Positions 9,728 to 18,692 of a stretch of 64,000 bases of DNA are shown here, piece after piece. The position numbers were made by a program, and so were the translations under genes. Origin of the DNA: Candidatus Caenarcanales bacterium (GTDB lineage Bacteria; Cyanobacteriota; Vampirovibrionia; LMEP-6097); the NCBI GenBank assembly GCA_013216135.1, contig JABSOS010000004.1, positions 79,939-143,938 of the forward strand, written 5' to 3'. Under the pieces are notes generated by a model that saw only the letters and a list, made by a program, of their open reading frames with translations, had not been told where the DNA came from and searched no databases. Each line of letters opens with the position of its first letter. Position 1 is the stretch's first letter.

Positions 9728-10357
9728 ATGTTTAAAGCTATAAAGTCGGAAGTAGAGGATTTTCAAAGAAGAGTTAAAATTACACGTGGAGCCAGATATA
9801 ATGCTTTCAGAAGAAATGAAGCTAAAAGTATTTATTCTTCCTGTACTTTGATATTTTTATCAATATTTATTTTTGCTCTTAATTTACTTCCTTACTATAA
9901 TTTTTTGAATATTGATTTGTTAAAGGATAAGAACTCAAGTATTCAGTTTTCGGCACTAATACTTTCTGTTTTCTTGTTGGTTTTTTCTCTTCTAGAAGCC
10001 AATAATAGTTATAAGTATAATGCAGATAAATTTCATGGTTTTGCTATAGGTCTAGAAAATATTGTAAATGAATTAGATCGATGTTCTTCTGAAAATCAGT
10101 TAGAAAGAATAAAAACAGAGTATGTCGACCAGTTGGAAAAATCTTTTTTGAATCATTTAGAAATTGACTATTTGATTTCATCAGCAAGATACTACACACC
10201 AAGTAGTGATAGTAAATGTTTAGATAAAGTCCTTTATTGGTTGAAAATCATCATTTATGGTACGCGTAATTTTGTTTTTACTTTATTGCCCTATTTATTA
10301 CTTATCTCCCTGTCAGTATATTATGTTGCTTACTGTCAACTTAATATCATTAATTAA
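9728..10357 (+). CDS. Integral membrane protein (about 4 TM), possible effector of the RT cassette
   Basis: 209 aa. Hydrophobic segments IFLSIFIFALNLL, ALILSVFLLVFSLL, FVFTLLPYLLLISLSVYYVAY. Confidence 0.5.
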   Translation: MFKAIKSEVEDFQRRVKITRGARYNAFRRNEAKSIYSSCTLIFLSIFIFALNLLPYYNFLNIDLLKDKNSSIQFSALILSVFLLVFSLLEANNSYKYNADKFHGFAIGLENIVNELDRCSSENQLERIKTEYVDQLEKSFLNHLEIDYLISSARYYTPSSDSKCLDKVLYWLKIIIYGTRNFVFTLLPYLLLISLSVYYVAYCQLNIIN

Positions 10358-10402
10358 TCCTATTTTGACTTAATTGAAAAAATATACTTCAATATTCGTA
10401 AT

Positions 10403-10666
10403 ATGCAAAAGTTTATATTAACCTTGTTCATTTTGCTTGCAGGTTTGTCTTCCTCTGCAAATCTAGATTACTATCAGTCAACAGATAATGATAGATCTAT
10501 TCAACTGCAAGATCAAGTTCAAGAAACTGTTTTTTTCAATACTAAATCTCATAAGTTTCATAAAATGTCTTGTATCTGGGCTAAGAAATGTACTGTTAAC
10601 TGTGTGATAATGGAAAAAGCTGAAGCAATTTTAAAGGGTGTGCCTTGTAAAGTTTGTGGTGGCTGA
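10403..10666 (+). CDS. Small secreted Cys-containing protein
   Basis: 87 aa. Signal-like MQKFILTLFILLAGLSSSA; C-terminal CKVCGG. Confidence 0.35.
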   Translation: MQKFILTLFILLAGLSSSANLDYYQSTDNDRSIQLQDQVQETVFFNTKSHKFHKMSCIWAKKCTVNCVIMEKAEAILKGVPCKVCGG

Positions 10667-10916
10667 TTTTTTACGTAGATAACATCAATAATAATTGAAA
10701 TTTACAATAGCTTAACAGATGAATTTCCTCTGAGGGGATTATTATAATCTGCACCTATACTTAACATCAAACAAAGGTACAGATTCTTTTTTAAGCTTGT
10801 TTAGATTCAGTTATGCGATATTTTCTCTAAGTAAATTTACATAATTACAAAACTACAGACTATTTTTAAAACTTCTATATATTTTTTAAGAAAGAGAAGT
10901 AATAACTTAATCGTGT

Positions 10917-10942
10917 GATTATTATTCCTAAGGATAGAAAAC
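10917..10942. repeat. Palindrome-family copy P3 with hybrid arms (tgattattattcc TAA ggatagaaaacc)
   Basis: Left arm is ttattatcc-type; right arm is ggatagaaa-type as in P5. Confidence 0.6.
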
Positions 10943-11071
10943 CTTTTGTTTAATCAAACTCTTTTCCAGCTACTAGTAAAAATATTGAACAATTTAATTG
11001 AAAAATATGGTTCTAAGTATTGTGCTCGAAACCTTTATATTTTATAATCTGCCTATTAAGATCGTGGAACA

Positions 11072-11893
11072 TTGAAAATAACTCCTAATAAATTATATTC
11101 AAATTATCTAGTAGTATACTTTGACGTACTAGGTTGGAAAGATTTAACTTTAAATAGCCCGCTTGCCTGCAGTTTTGTGTCTAACCGGATTAATGGTCTT
11201 AGATATAAATTAAAATCGAGAAGTATCTTTAGTCGTGAAAAAGTAATATCATTCTTCTTCTCTGATTCCGTAATACTAACCCTTGAGCTTCCAATGGATA
11301 ATGAAAATAATTTAGAAAAACAAAAAATAATATTTTATCAAATTGCAGAATTGCAGTCAGAATTGTTTGAAAATTGGGGAGTGTTATTAAGAGGATTTAT
11401 CACTATTGGAGAATGTTTTATAGATCCTTTTGAACATGTTTGTTTTGGACCAGCAATTAATAAATCAGTATTGAAAGAGAAACTTATTTGTTTTCCAAAA
11501 ATAGTTTTAGATAAGGATCATTTTCCAGATAAGCTGATGGTTAATAATTCTAGGCAAAATTCTGTCCAAATTAATAGAAAAGATTCTTGGTGGAACAAAA
11601 AAGCACATAGAGGTGAATGTTATGAAGAATTTAAAGAAATTCAAGAATCTTTCTTCCTTGATTATATTAAGGTTCAAAAAAACTCATTAGATCGTTACGT
11701 TGGAGGATTCAATCAAGTCAACAACTTTCGTACATCCTTTAGAAGTAAATTAAATAAACAAATCACAAATGATGTGACAATGCAAAATGAGAAATTAAGC
11801 TTGAAATATATCTGGCTCACAAAATATTACGACAAGTGTTTTAGAAAAAATTCTTTTCATTTAGATTATAAAAATTTCACTAAATCCAATTAA
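11072..11893 (+). CDS. Class III nucleotidyl cyclase-like (CHD / palm fold) protein, tentative
   Basis: VVYFDVLGW resembles the cyclase FADIVGFT metal-binding motif. FFFSDSVILTL resembles the GD second-metal motif. LLRGFITIGECF ... FGPAINKSVLKE resembles RIGIHTG ... GDTVNxASRME. TTG start. Confidence 0.35.
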   Translation: MKITPNKLYSNYLVVYFDVLGWKDLTLNSPLACSFVSNRINGLRYKLKSRSIFSREKVISFFFSDSVILTLELPMDNENNLEKQKIIFYQIAELQSELFENWGVLLRGFITIGECFIDPFEHVCFGPAINKSVLKEKLICFPKIVLDKDHFPDKLMVNNSRQNSVQINRKDSWWNKKAHRGECYEEFKEIQESFFLDYIKVQKNSLDRYVGGFNQVNNFRTSFRSKLNKQITNDVTMQNEKLSLKYIWLTKYYDKCFRKNSFHLDYKNFTKSN

Positions 11894-11969
11894 TGATTTA
11901 TGTTGAACTTTTAATCAACCGTAAGTAATTACGTCTTGAATTACTTTCTAATGCTATTTTAATATATTA

Positions 11970-14900
11970 ATGTTTAGTGATAGCTATTTTTTAGAATTAC
12001 AATTTGAAAATAGGGTGTATAGTCTAAACTCTTATGAATTTCAGAAATTTTTTGAAGATATTATGCTAAAAAAATTTCCTGGACATTTTCAAAGAGTTAG
12101 ACCATATGGAAATAAAGGTGATGGTGGTAATGACGGTTTCATGAAAGAGGATGGGAAGTATTTTCAATCCTACGCACCTTTAAAAGTCAATGAAGACAAA
12201 GAAAAAGAAGCTATACAAAAGTTTAGAGATGACTTTCAAAAACTCTTATCAAGTGAATGGGGCAATTTTTCTAAAATTAAAGAATATTACTTTGTTTATA
12301 ACGATAAATTTTATGGCACTACTATCGAATTTGAGAAAGAACTTCACGTTTACCAAGAGGGTTACCCACAAATAAAATTTTATTTATTAGGAACAGATCA
12401 ACTTAAATCCATATTCAAAGAATTAAGTGAAGATGATTATAAAAGTCTAAATTTTAATACAGATAAATCAGCTTCTCATCTTATTGTAGAAGCATACCTT
12501 AATAATATTGAGAATCAAATAAAATTAAACAATGTTCATATTGCTGAAAATGCACTAGACTTATTAGACCAAATCCTTAATTCTGAGGAATTAAAAAAAA
12601 ATTCACAATATATTGATCTCTATATTAAGAACTCTGTCATGAAGTATAAGTATTTTTTACTAAAAGAGAGATTTCAAAATGCTATTGACACCTTAGAAAA
12701 ACTAACTGCAAGATATCCTGAACGTTGTGAACCACTTTTACATCTGGCTGATTATTACTGTAGCCAGGATGAGATAAACTTAGCTTCAAGCTTATATGAA
12801 AAAGCAACAACAAAAATAAATTTTGGTGATTATTGGCTTAATAAATATGTTCCAATATATATCAAAATTAAAAGTAATTTGTCCTTTGTTGAAGATGATT
12901 TTGTCTTATTGAGAAGCTTGAATGATAATCAAAGAGCATGTTTCTATAGATTATTTTCTATGTATTACTTAAATAAAGATATAGAAAAATCTCTTGAATA
13001 TATAGATAAAGCTATAGAGTTTGACCCAAAAAATCTCTCTTTTATTCTAACTAAACTCAATATATACAAAGCTCAGTTAGTGAATAACTATTCTGAAAAA
13101 CTGTATAGGCTTGAATTTGTAGATAATATGGAAAAAGTTATTATCTATATTGATGAATCTTTTTCTTTCATATCCGTTAGAAGTAAATTACTTTTACAGA
13201 TGAATAAACTCTGTATTCTCTGGTGTCAAGAGAAAATACAAAGCTGTATTCTGTTACTTGAAGGTATTTCAGAGTTACTGGTTGAATGTGATTTTAATAA
13301 AGGAATCGATTCTGTAATCTGTGAGCTATTAACTTCAGTTGTAACTCCAGACCTATTTGAAGTTATTCTTGATTATTGCCTAGATAATAAATCCAAACAA
13401 TTTTCTGATTTATTACTAAAATTAATTTTCAATCATGCGCTAAGGGATCAAAAATTAAAACAACAAGCTCAAGTTTTTTTTGAATCAATTTCAGCCAATC
13501 AGGGCTCTAAATATATAAAACTAATGAGCTTTATTAACTCTGGAGATGAAGAAGAATTTATTAAAATTGTTAGTGCTGACACTAATTTTCTTCTAATGCT
13601 GGCAGAAACATTAAAGATAAATCCTGAATTTAGGAAAAAAATAATTTTTCATTTGAGAGACTCTAATAATGAATATTCAAATATACTTTATACAATATTT
13701 TTATTTGATATTGGTGAAGATAAAGAGGCTTTTGAGTATTTAAAAAAAATTGATTTGAGAAACATAACAGTTCCCCAATATGATCCTTTACTCAGAGTTG
13801 CTTTGAAAAATGAAGCTTGGGATTTGGCTGAAATAATAATAGTGCAAATAATTGATAAAGAAGAAAATGATAAATATCGATATTTTTTAAATACACAGTT
13901 ATTAAACTGCTATGTTCATTTAGGAAAGCACCTTGAAGCAACAAAAGTTGGAAAAGCCTTATTAAAGTCGGAACAATTTAATAGTTCTGATACTGAAAAA
14001 ATTTTAGAGCTGTTACTATATTCTTACCTCAAACTGAGTCAACATTCTAATAGATATAAAAATGAGGTAAAAGAAATATATTATAGTTATCGTGAATATA
14101 ATTTTTCTTTGAATTTTCTTTTAAATATTGCTAGTTTTGTTCATGCATATCTTGGTACAGGTGATGACCTTGTAAGTTTAATAGTCAGATCTATATCCAA
14201 ATTAAATAAAAATCCAAATCCACTGGAGTATGCTCAAATATTTACGGTTCTAACTTTAAAAAACCAAGTCAAAATTGATATTGAGTCTAGTAAGAAAACT
14301 GTTACTGAAGATTCATTTGTGAAAATTATAGAAGATGATGACTGGTACTATATTGGTAACGGAAATTGTTTATGTGCTATTCCTCTTCAAGAAACACAAA
14401 CTAAATACCATCAACTATTCAATGCCTCTTTAGGTGACAAAAATATTGAAAAGATATTTGATTTAAGGCAATTTTTATACTATAAAGCTAGGGAAATATT
14501 TAATAAACAAATAGAAAAAGATAATTTGGACAATATGAAGAAATTCAACTTACTGGATTCTTCGGGTAATATTGATATAAATAGATTTAAAGATACAATA
14601 GCTGAGTTACAAAACTCTGAATCTACATTTTTTGATAAATATTCTGAAAATACATATCCATTAGCTATGCTTGCTTTATTTGAAGGAGGTTTAATACCTT
14701 CAATTGCAAAGATTCAGAGAGAAAATAAAGGCTACATTCACTCAAGTGATGGAAGTATTAATGAAATTGAAAGACAAAGCTCGCTTATTAAAGAGTTGAT
14801 TAAAGCTAAGTCTGAGCTTTACATTGATACAACATCAATTCTTTTCTTAAGTGAGGTGGGTATTTTTAACCACTTTATTAATTTATTTTCAAAGTACAAA

Positions 14901-15788
14901 ATAGTTCAGTCATCAATTAATTTTTTGTCTGACACTTTAGACACCTATAAATATAGGAAGGGAACATTGGGAACTGCAAGTGTCATAAATAATGAGCTTG
15001 TTTACTTACCTTTCAATAAAGCTCGAAAGAAGCAAATTCAAAAATTTGAGAAAAGGTTACTTGAATCAATTAAGTTTCTCAATAAGGATCTCAACAGGAT
15101 TGATTCATTATCAAAAGCTTCAAAGTCTTCTGTTCCTTCTGAACAGAGAATACCACCAGAACTCTGTGATGGAGCGATTATGGCTAAGAAAAATAAATTG
15201 CCAATTATGACAGATGACTATGTTTACCTTCACTGGAACGCTCTTGAGACAAACTTAGAACCACCTCAATATTTTTCATCTATAGCTTTTTTAGAGTATT
15301 TGTATGAGCAAAAAATAATAAATTTTGAAGAATACTTGGATTGCTTTTATTATTTCTCTTCATATAGATTTAGGTTTATGAGTATCAATAAACAGATTTT
15401 GTATAAAACTATATTTGGTGATGATCTTATAGTGTTGGTTAATCCAGGTAACATAAGGAAACTTAACCTTCATTTGATTTTATCAAGAGACTATGGTGTT
15501 TCACTTCAAAATTGTTTTAGATTAATTGGTGAGTTTGTTTATGATTTAGTAAAAAACAAATCAATAATATTTAGTGTACTGAATGATGTTTTAATCAGTT
15601 TATTAAATTATCTACCACTTGAATATAAATCCATCTTGTCTTATAAAATGATTGTTGACTATTGTACAAAGAGATACGAAGCTGAAAAAAAAGAAAGAAC
15701 AATTATTGACTTGAAAAATGACTTTCTAGAGAAGAGGTTAAGTCAATTACAAGATGTGTGTGGTTTAACCACTCTCTTGAAATTTTAG
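11970..15788 (+). CDS. 1272-aa protein: N-terminal Mrr-like PD-(D/E)xK nuclease motif + long alpha-helical/TPR-like repeat region; no Walker A
   Basis: YGNKGDGGNDGF ... YFQSYAPLKV resembles the Mrr_cat GxDGGxDG signature. The rest is predicted helical repeats. No GxxxxGK[ST]. Confidence 0.6.
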   Translation: MFSDSYFLELQFENRVYSLNSYEFQKFFEDIMLKKFPGHFQRVRPYGNKGDGGNDGFMKEDGKYFQSYAPLKVNEDKEKEAIQKFRDDFQKLLSSEWGNFSKIKEYYFVYNDKFYGTTIEFEKELHVYQEGYPQIKFYLLGTDQLKSIFKELSEDDYKSLNFNTDKSASHLIVEAYLNNIENQIKLNNVHIAENALDLLDQILNSEELKKNSQYIDLYIKNSVMKYKYFLLKERFQNAIDTLEKLTARYPERCEPLLHLADYYCSQDEINLASSLYEKATTKINFGDYWLNKYVPIYIKIKSNLSFVEDDFVLLRSLNDNQRACFYRLFSMYYLNKDIEKSLEYIDKAIEFDPKNLSFILTKLNIYKAQLVNNYSEKLYRLEFVDNMEKVIIYIDESFSFISVRSKLLLQMNKLCILWCQEKIQSCILLLEGISELLVECDFNKGIDSVICELLTSVVTPDLFEVILDYCLDNKSKQFSDLLLKLIFNHALRDQKLKQQAQVFFESISANQGSKYIKLMSFINSGDEEEFIKIVSADTNFLLMLAETLKINPEFRKKIIFHLRDSNNEYSNILYTIFLFDIGEDKEAFEYLKKIDLRNITVPQYDPLLRVALKNEAWDLAEIIIVQIIDKEENDKYRYFLNTQLLNCYVHLGKHLEATKVGKALLKSEQFNSSDTEKILELLLYSYLKLSQHSNRYKNEVKEIYYSYREYNFSLNFLLNIASFVHAYLGTGDDLVSLIVRSISKLNKNPNPLEYAQIFTVLTLKNQVKIDIESSKKTVTEDSFVKIIEDDDWYYIGNGNCLCAIPLQETQTKYHQLFNASLGDKNIEKIFDLRQFLYYKAREIFNKQIEKDNLDNMKKFNLLDSSGNIDINRFKDTIAELQNSESTFFDKYSENTYPLAMLALFEGGLIPSIAKIQRENKGYIHSSDGSINEIERQSSLIKELIKAKSELYIDTTSILFLSEVGIFNHFINLFSKYKIVQSSINFLSDTLDTYKYRKGTLGTASVINNELVYLPFNKARKKQIQKFEKRLLESIKFLNKDLNRIDSLSKASKSSVPSEQRIPPELCDGAIMAKKNKLPIMTDDYVYLHWNALETNLEPPQYFSSIAFLEYLYEQKIINFEEYLDCFYYFSSYRFRFMSINKQILYKTIFGDDLIVLVNPGNIRKLNLHLILSRDYGVSLQNCFRLIGEFVYDLVKNKSIIFSVLNDVLISLLNYLPLEYKSILSYKMIVDYCTKRYEAEKKERTIIDLKNDFLEKRLSQLQDVCGLTTLLKF

Positions 15789-15812
15789 ACTTAAACTAGA
15801 TATGAATAACGT

Positions 15813-15838
15813 AATTATTATCCCTAAGGATAGAAAAG
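15813..15838. repeat. Palindrome-family copy P4, hybrid arms (aattattatccc TAA ggatagaaaag)
   Basis: Same hybrid architecture as P3. Confidence 0.6.
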
Positions 15839-16010
15839 AAAGTATTTATTTTATGGGCTAAATACCAATTCTAAGATTTAGTCATCGTTTTCAATGAAGA
15901 TGTATATCTAAATTTTCTTAAGCTTTGCTTTCTAATACACATAAAAATATAATCTATTTATGGTCTATGTAGTAAATTCTCAGTCTGTAGATAAATTAAA
16001 CTTATAAGTT

Positions 16011-16517
16011 ATGAGATCAGTCTTATTTATAATTCTCACATTATTTGTTTTTGCTGGAGGTTATTATGCTGGTAAAAATTCCAAGAATCTAGAATTTACT
16101 GATTCAAAGCCAGAGCTTTTTGTTAAAGCTGAAACAAAGATGGAAAGTTATCAAAACACCTATCTAAAACCTCTAAGGGTAATTGATGGTGACACCATAG
16201 AATTTGAAATAGTTAATCTCCCATATCCAGAAATCTCTATTCTAAAGCTTAGAATCTTCGGAGTTGATACTCCTGAAAAGTCATGGCGTACAAAATGTGA
16301 ACAAGAGAAAAATCTAGCAAACCTAGCTTCATCTTTTACAGAAGACTTATTTAATAAAGCAGATCATAAAGAGATAAAGCTTATGAAGTGGGGTAAATAC
16401 GGTGGTAGGGTTTTAGGTGATATTTATTTAGATGGTAAATCTTTAAAAGAAGAGCTTTTAAGTAAAGGGTTAGCTAAAGAATACTTTGGTAAGGAAAAGG
16501 TATCTTGGTGTGAATAA
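16011..16517 (+). CDS. Secreted/membrane-anchored thermonuclease (staphylococcal nuclease, SNase family)
   Basis: N-terminal hydrophobic anchor. VIDGDTIEF, RIFGVDTPEK, KYGGRVLGDIY match the SNase Ca-binding and catalytic motifs. Confidence 0.8.
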   Translation: MRSVLFIILTLFVFAGGYYAGKNSKNLEFTDSKPELFVKAETKMESYQNTYLKPLRVIDGDTIEFEIVNLPYPEISILKLRIFGVDTPEKSWRTKCEQEKNLANLASSFTEDLFNKADHKEIKLMKWGKYGGRVLGDIYLDGKSLKEELLSKGLAKEYFGKEKVSWCE

Positions 16518-16519
16518 TG

Positions 16520-16545
16520 AATTTCTATCCCTCGGGATAGAAATT
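16520..16545. repeat. 26-bp perfect palindrome aatttctatccCTCGggatagaaatt (P5)
   Basis: Variant arm type (ttctatcc). Starts 3 nt after the nuclease stop. Confidence 0.8.
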
Positions 16546-16827
16546 AAGGTGCTATAAAAACCAAAATAAGTTAAAATTTCTTTGGGGTATATAGCACTAT
16601 ACCTCGGGGCTTCAAAACCTCTCAATCAGCAGTCGATAGAGATATACGACTGTTTAAATACGATATCTCCTGGCTAAAAGCTTCCTCTTTAGCCGGGAGA
16701 CTCTATTATGTCCAAAGCCTTTTGGCTTAAAAATAGAGTGGTCGTCTGATTGCGATTTTTGAACTCCCGGCTATATATTATTTATTTAATACATAGCTAA
16801 TCTAACAAAAAATAAAGGGAGATTAGT

Positions 16828-17994
16828 GTGCAAAACTCAGATAAGCAAGAGAATATCTTATATAAACTAGCGAAGCTCGCTTCAGGACCAAATATATTAC
16901 TAGTATCTAGTGTCTACTACTACATAGCTTTTAAATATTTAAGCTATTTTGAAGAGAGCGATGCTTTTAGAATTCTCACTTGTCTAATTTTAATCAGTAT
17001 CGCAACCATGATTTATGAGGCAGCGACAAATAAAGATCCTAAAGTTGTCTGTAATAGATTCGCCTGGTCTAATTTAGAAAAAACACTTGCTTATGCATTA
17101 ATTATCTGGGCTTTGTTTTGGGGATATGGGTTTATAGATAGAGTAATAAATCCAACTGAAAAAATTCCAGTCGAGATTAAAGAAGAAGAGCAAAGTAATG
17201 ATACTCAGAACTCAGTAAAACAAGAAGAGGATAAAATCGAAGAAAAACAGTGGGACTCTAATGAGCCTGTTAGTTTTGAAAACTTACTTGCAGAAAATAC
17301 AGAAGAAGGTGTTTTAGTTACCGGGGAAACAAATTTACCTGATGGAGCAATTTTAAGAGTAGGTCTAGAATTAAAATCTAACTGGAAAATTAGTACTCAT
17401 AATTCTGTAAAAATTGAAGATGGGAAATTTGAGGCTTTGCTTTGTTCATACCAGCCTTGTAGGTCTGGTCTATATATAGTTTCGGTATTACTCCCTATGC
17501 AACATGATGCAGAAATCGTTGAGATTCTAGGTAGGCTAAATAAAAAAATTAGGGGAGATTTAGTCAAAGGTAATGATGGTGATCTAAAAACTGCGAAGAA
17601 AGAATTTGATTTCCAGCTTAATAACTCAGCAGAGGATACTAAGCTGAAAGCAAAAAGACAGCTTGCAAGTGACTTATTAAATAAATATCAAAACTTATAT
17701 AATGAATTGATCTCTTTTAAAAATCAACCTAGCTTTCATAGACTTGGCTTTAGTCAAGGTTCTACCTATGCTAGTTGGAAAGCAAGAGTCGGAGAATTAG
17801 AACAAGAATTTAGAGATTCTGATATTTTTGTGCCTGGGAAAAAACCTATTATTGTTCAGCCAAGTACCTTAAAGGTTTTAGGTAATTCCTATATGAGAAG
17901 TCGGGGGCAAGAAACTTCGAATACTCTTCATAATCGTCACTTGTTTGAAGAACTCTTCGACGATAAGGGGAATATACTAAATCAGTTTTACTAA
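16828..17994 (+). CDS. Membrane-anchored hypothetical protein (2-3 N-terminal TM, large soluble C-terminal domain)
   Basis: 388-aa ORF. No family recognised. Confidence 0.5.
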   Translation: MQNSDKQENILYKLAKLASGPNILLVSSVYYYIAFKYLSYFEESDAFRILTCLILISIATMIYEAATNKDPKVVCNRFAWSNLEKTLAYALIIWALFWGYGFIDRVINPTEKIPVEIKEEEQSNDTQNSVKQEEDKIEEKQWDSNEPVSFENLLAENTEEGVLVTGETNLPDGAILRVGLELKSNWKISTHNSVKIEDGKFEALLCSYQPCRSGLYIVSVLLPMQHDAEIVEILGRLNKKIRGDLVKGNDGDLKTAKKEFDFQLNNSAEDTKLKAKRQLASDLLNKYQNLYNELISFKNQPSFHRLGFSQGSTYASWKARVGELEQEFRDSDIFVPGKKPIIVQPSTLKVLGNSYMRSRGQETSNTLHNRHLFEELFDDKGNILNQFY

Positions 17995-18113
17995 GATTTT
18001 GAAATACTCCGTCAGTTTAGCTATGGAGAAACTCCGTATTTATGATTTTCATTCGCGAGTGAAAGCAGAAAATAGCAAATCTCTATGCCACCTTGTATTA
18101 AGTAGTAGTGATT

Positions 18114-18139
18114 AATTATTATCCTGCGGGATAATAATT
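18114..18139. repeat. 26-bp perfect palindrome identical to P1 (P6)
   Basis: aattattatcctgcgggataataatt. Confidence 0.8.
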
Positions 18140-18578
18140 AGAAGTAAGGAAGTAAATAAAAAACTAATTATAAAAAGAGCATTTTAGAAGTTTATAAAAG
18201 ATGTACTAAAGCTTAATACCCTTATAAATACTCAAGTTCTGTGAATAGTCAATTGCTAATTTTGTTTTTAGTAGGTTGCAAAGCTGCTTGCAGAAGGATA
18301 TTTAAAAATAATGATTACGGTTAGATTAATTTTTTTTAACCTTTCTGCTGGTAAAATTTCTGAAAGTCTTATCAGTTTTGAGATCTGAATGAAGATTACT
18401 TTCAGTGAAAATTCACTTATTATTGATTTATTTTTCGTTCTTTTGGATAGTGGCTCTAGGACTTGGATATGAATATTTGCATTTTTTAGATTTTTAAAAA
18501 TAAATAAATATTCAAATGCTGAATTGGGTTTTACTAACATTTTTTTCTGTCTTATATCGAAGAGATAAATTAATTTTG

Positions 18579-18604
18579 ATTTATTATCCCGCGGGATAAT
18601 AAAT
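18579..18604. repeat. 26-bp perfect palindrome atttattatcccGCgggataataaat (P7)
   Basis: 12-nt perfect arms; lies 89 bp upstream of the tyrosine recombinase gene. Confidence 0.8.
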
Positions 18605-18692
18605 ACTCACCCCGAAAATTTTTTAAGAGCTGTCTCAAATTTGAGTTATTATCAAAAACACTCGGATTTGAAGAAATCCAAAGGAGCTGAAT

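Noticed and set aside
11970-15788. Giant protein as an Avs/STAND NTPase
   Set aside because: No Walker A (GxxxxGK[ST]) or other P-loop motif found anywhere in the 1272 residues.
11072-15788. Canonical Pycsar assignment
   Set aside because: No cNMP-binding (CAP-like) beta-barrel motif, and no TIR or TM effector domain seen in the neighbouring giant protein. Only the cyclase-like motifs support it.
18268-18540. 90-aa minus-strand ORF between palindromes P6 and P7
   Set aside because: Very low-complexity AT-rich translation with no start context. More likely a non-coding spacer; kept out of features.
3779-18604. Palindromic repeats as a CRISPR array or integron attC sites
   Set aside because: Spacing is kilobase-scale and irregular, and units are perfect palindromes rather than direct repeats, so not CRISPR. 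Sites are only 26 bp and lack R/L core and extrahelical-base features. Cassette genes point toward, not away from, the recombinase, so a classical integron is not supported. Retained only as a generic recombination-site hypothesis.
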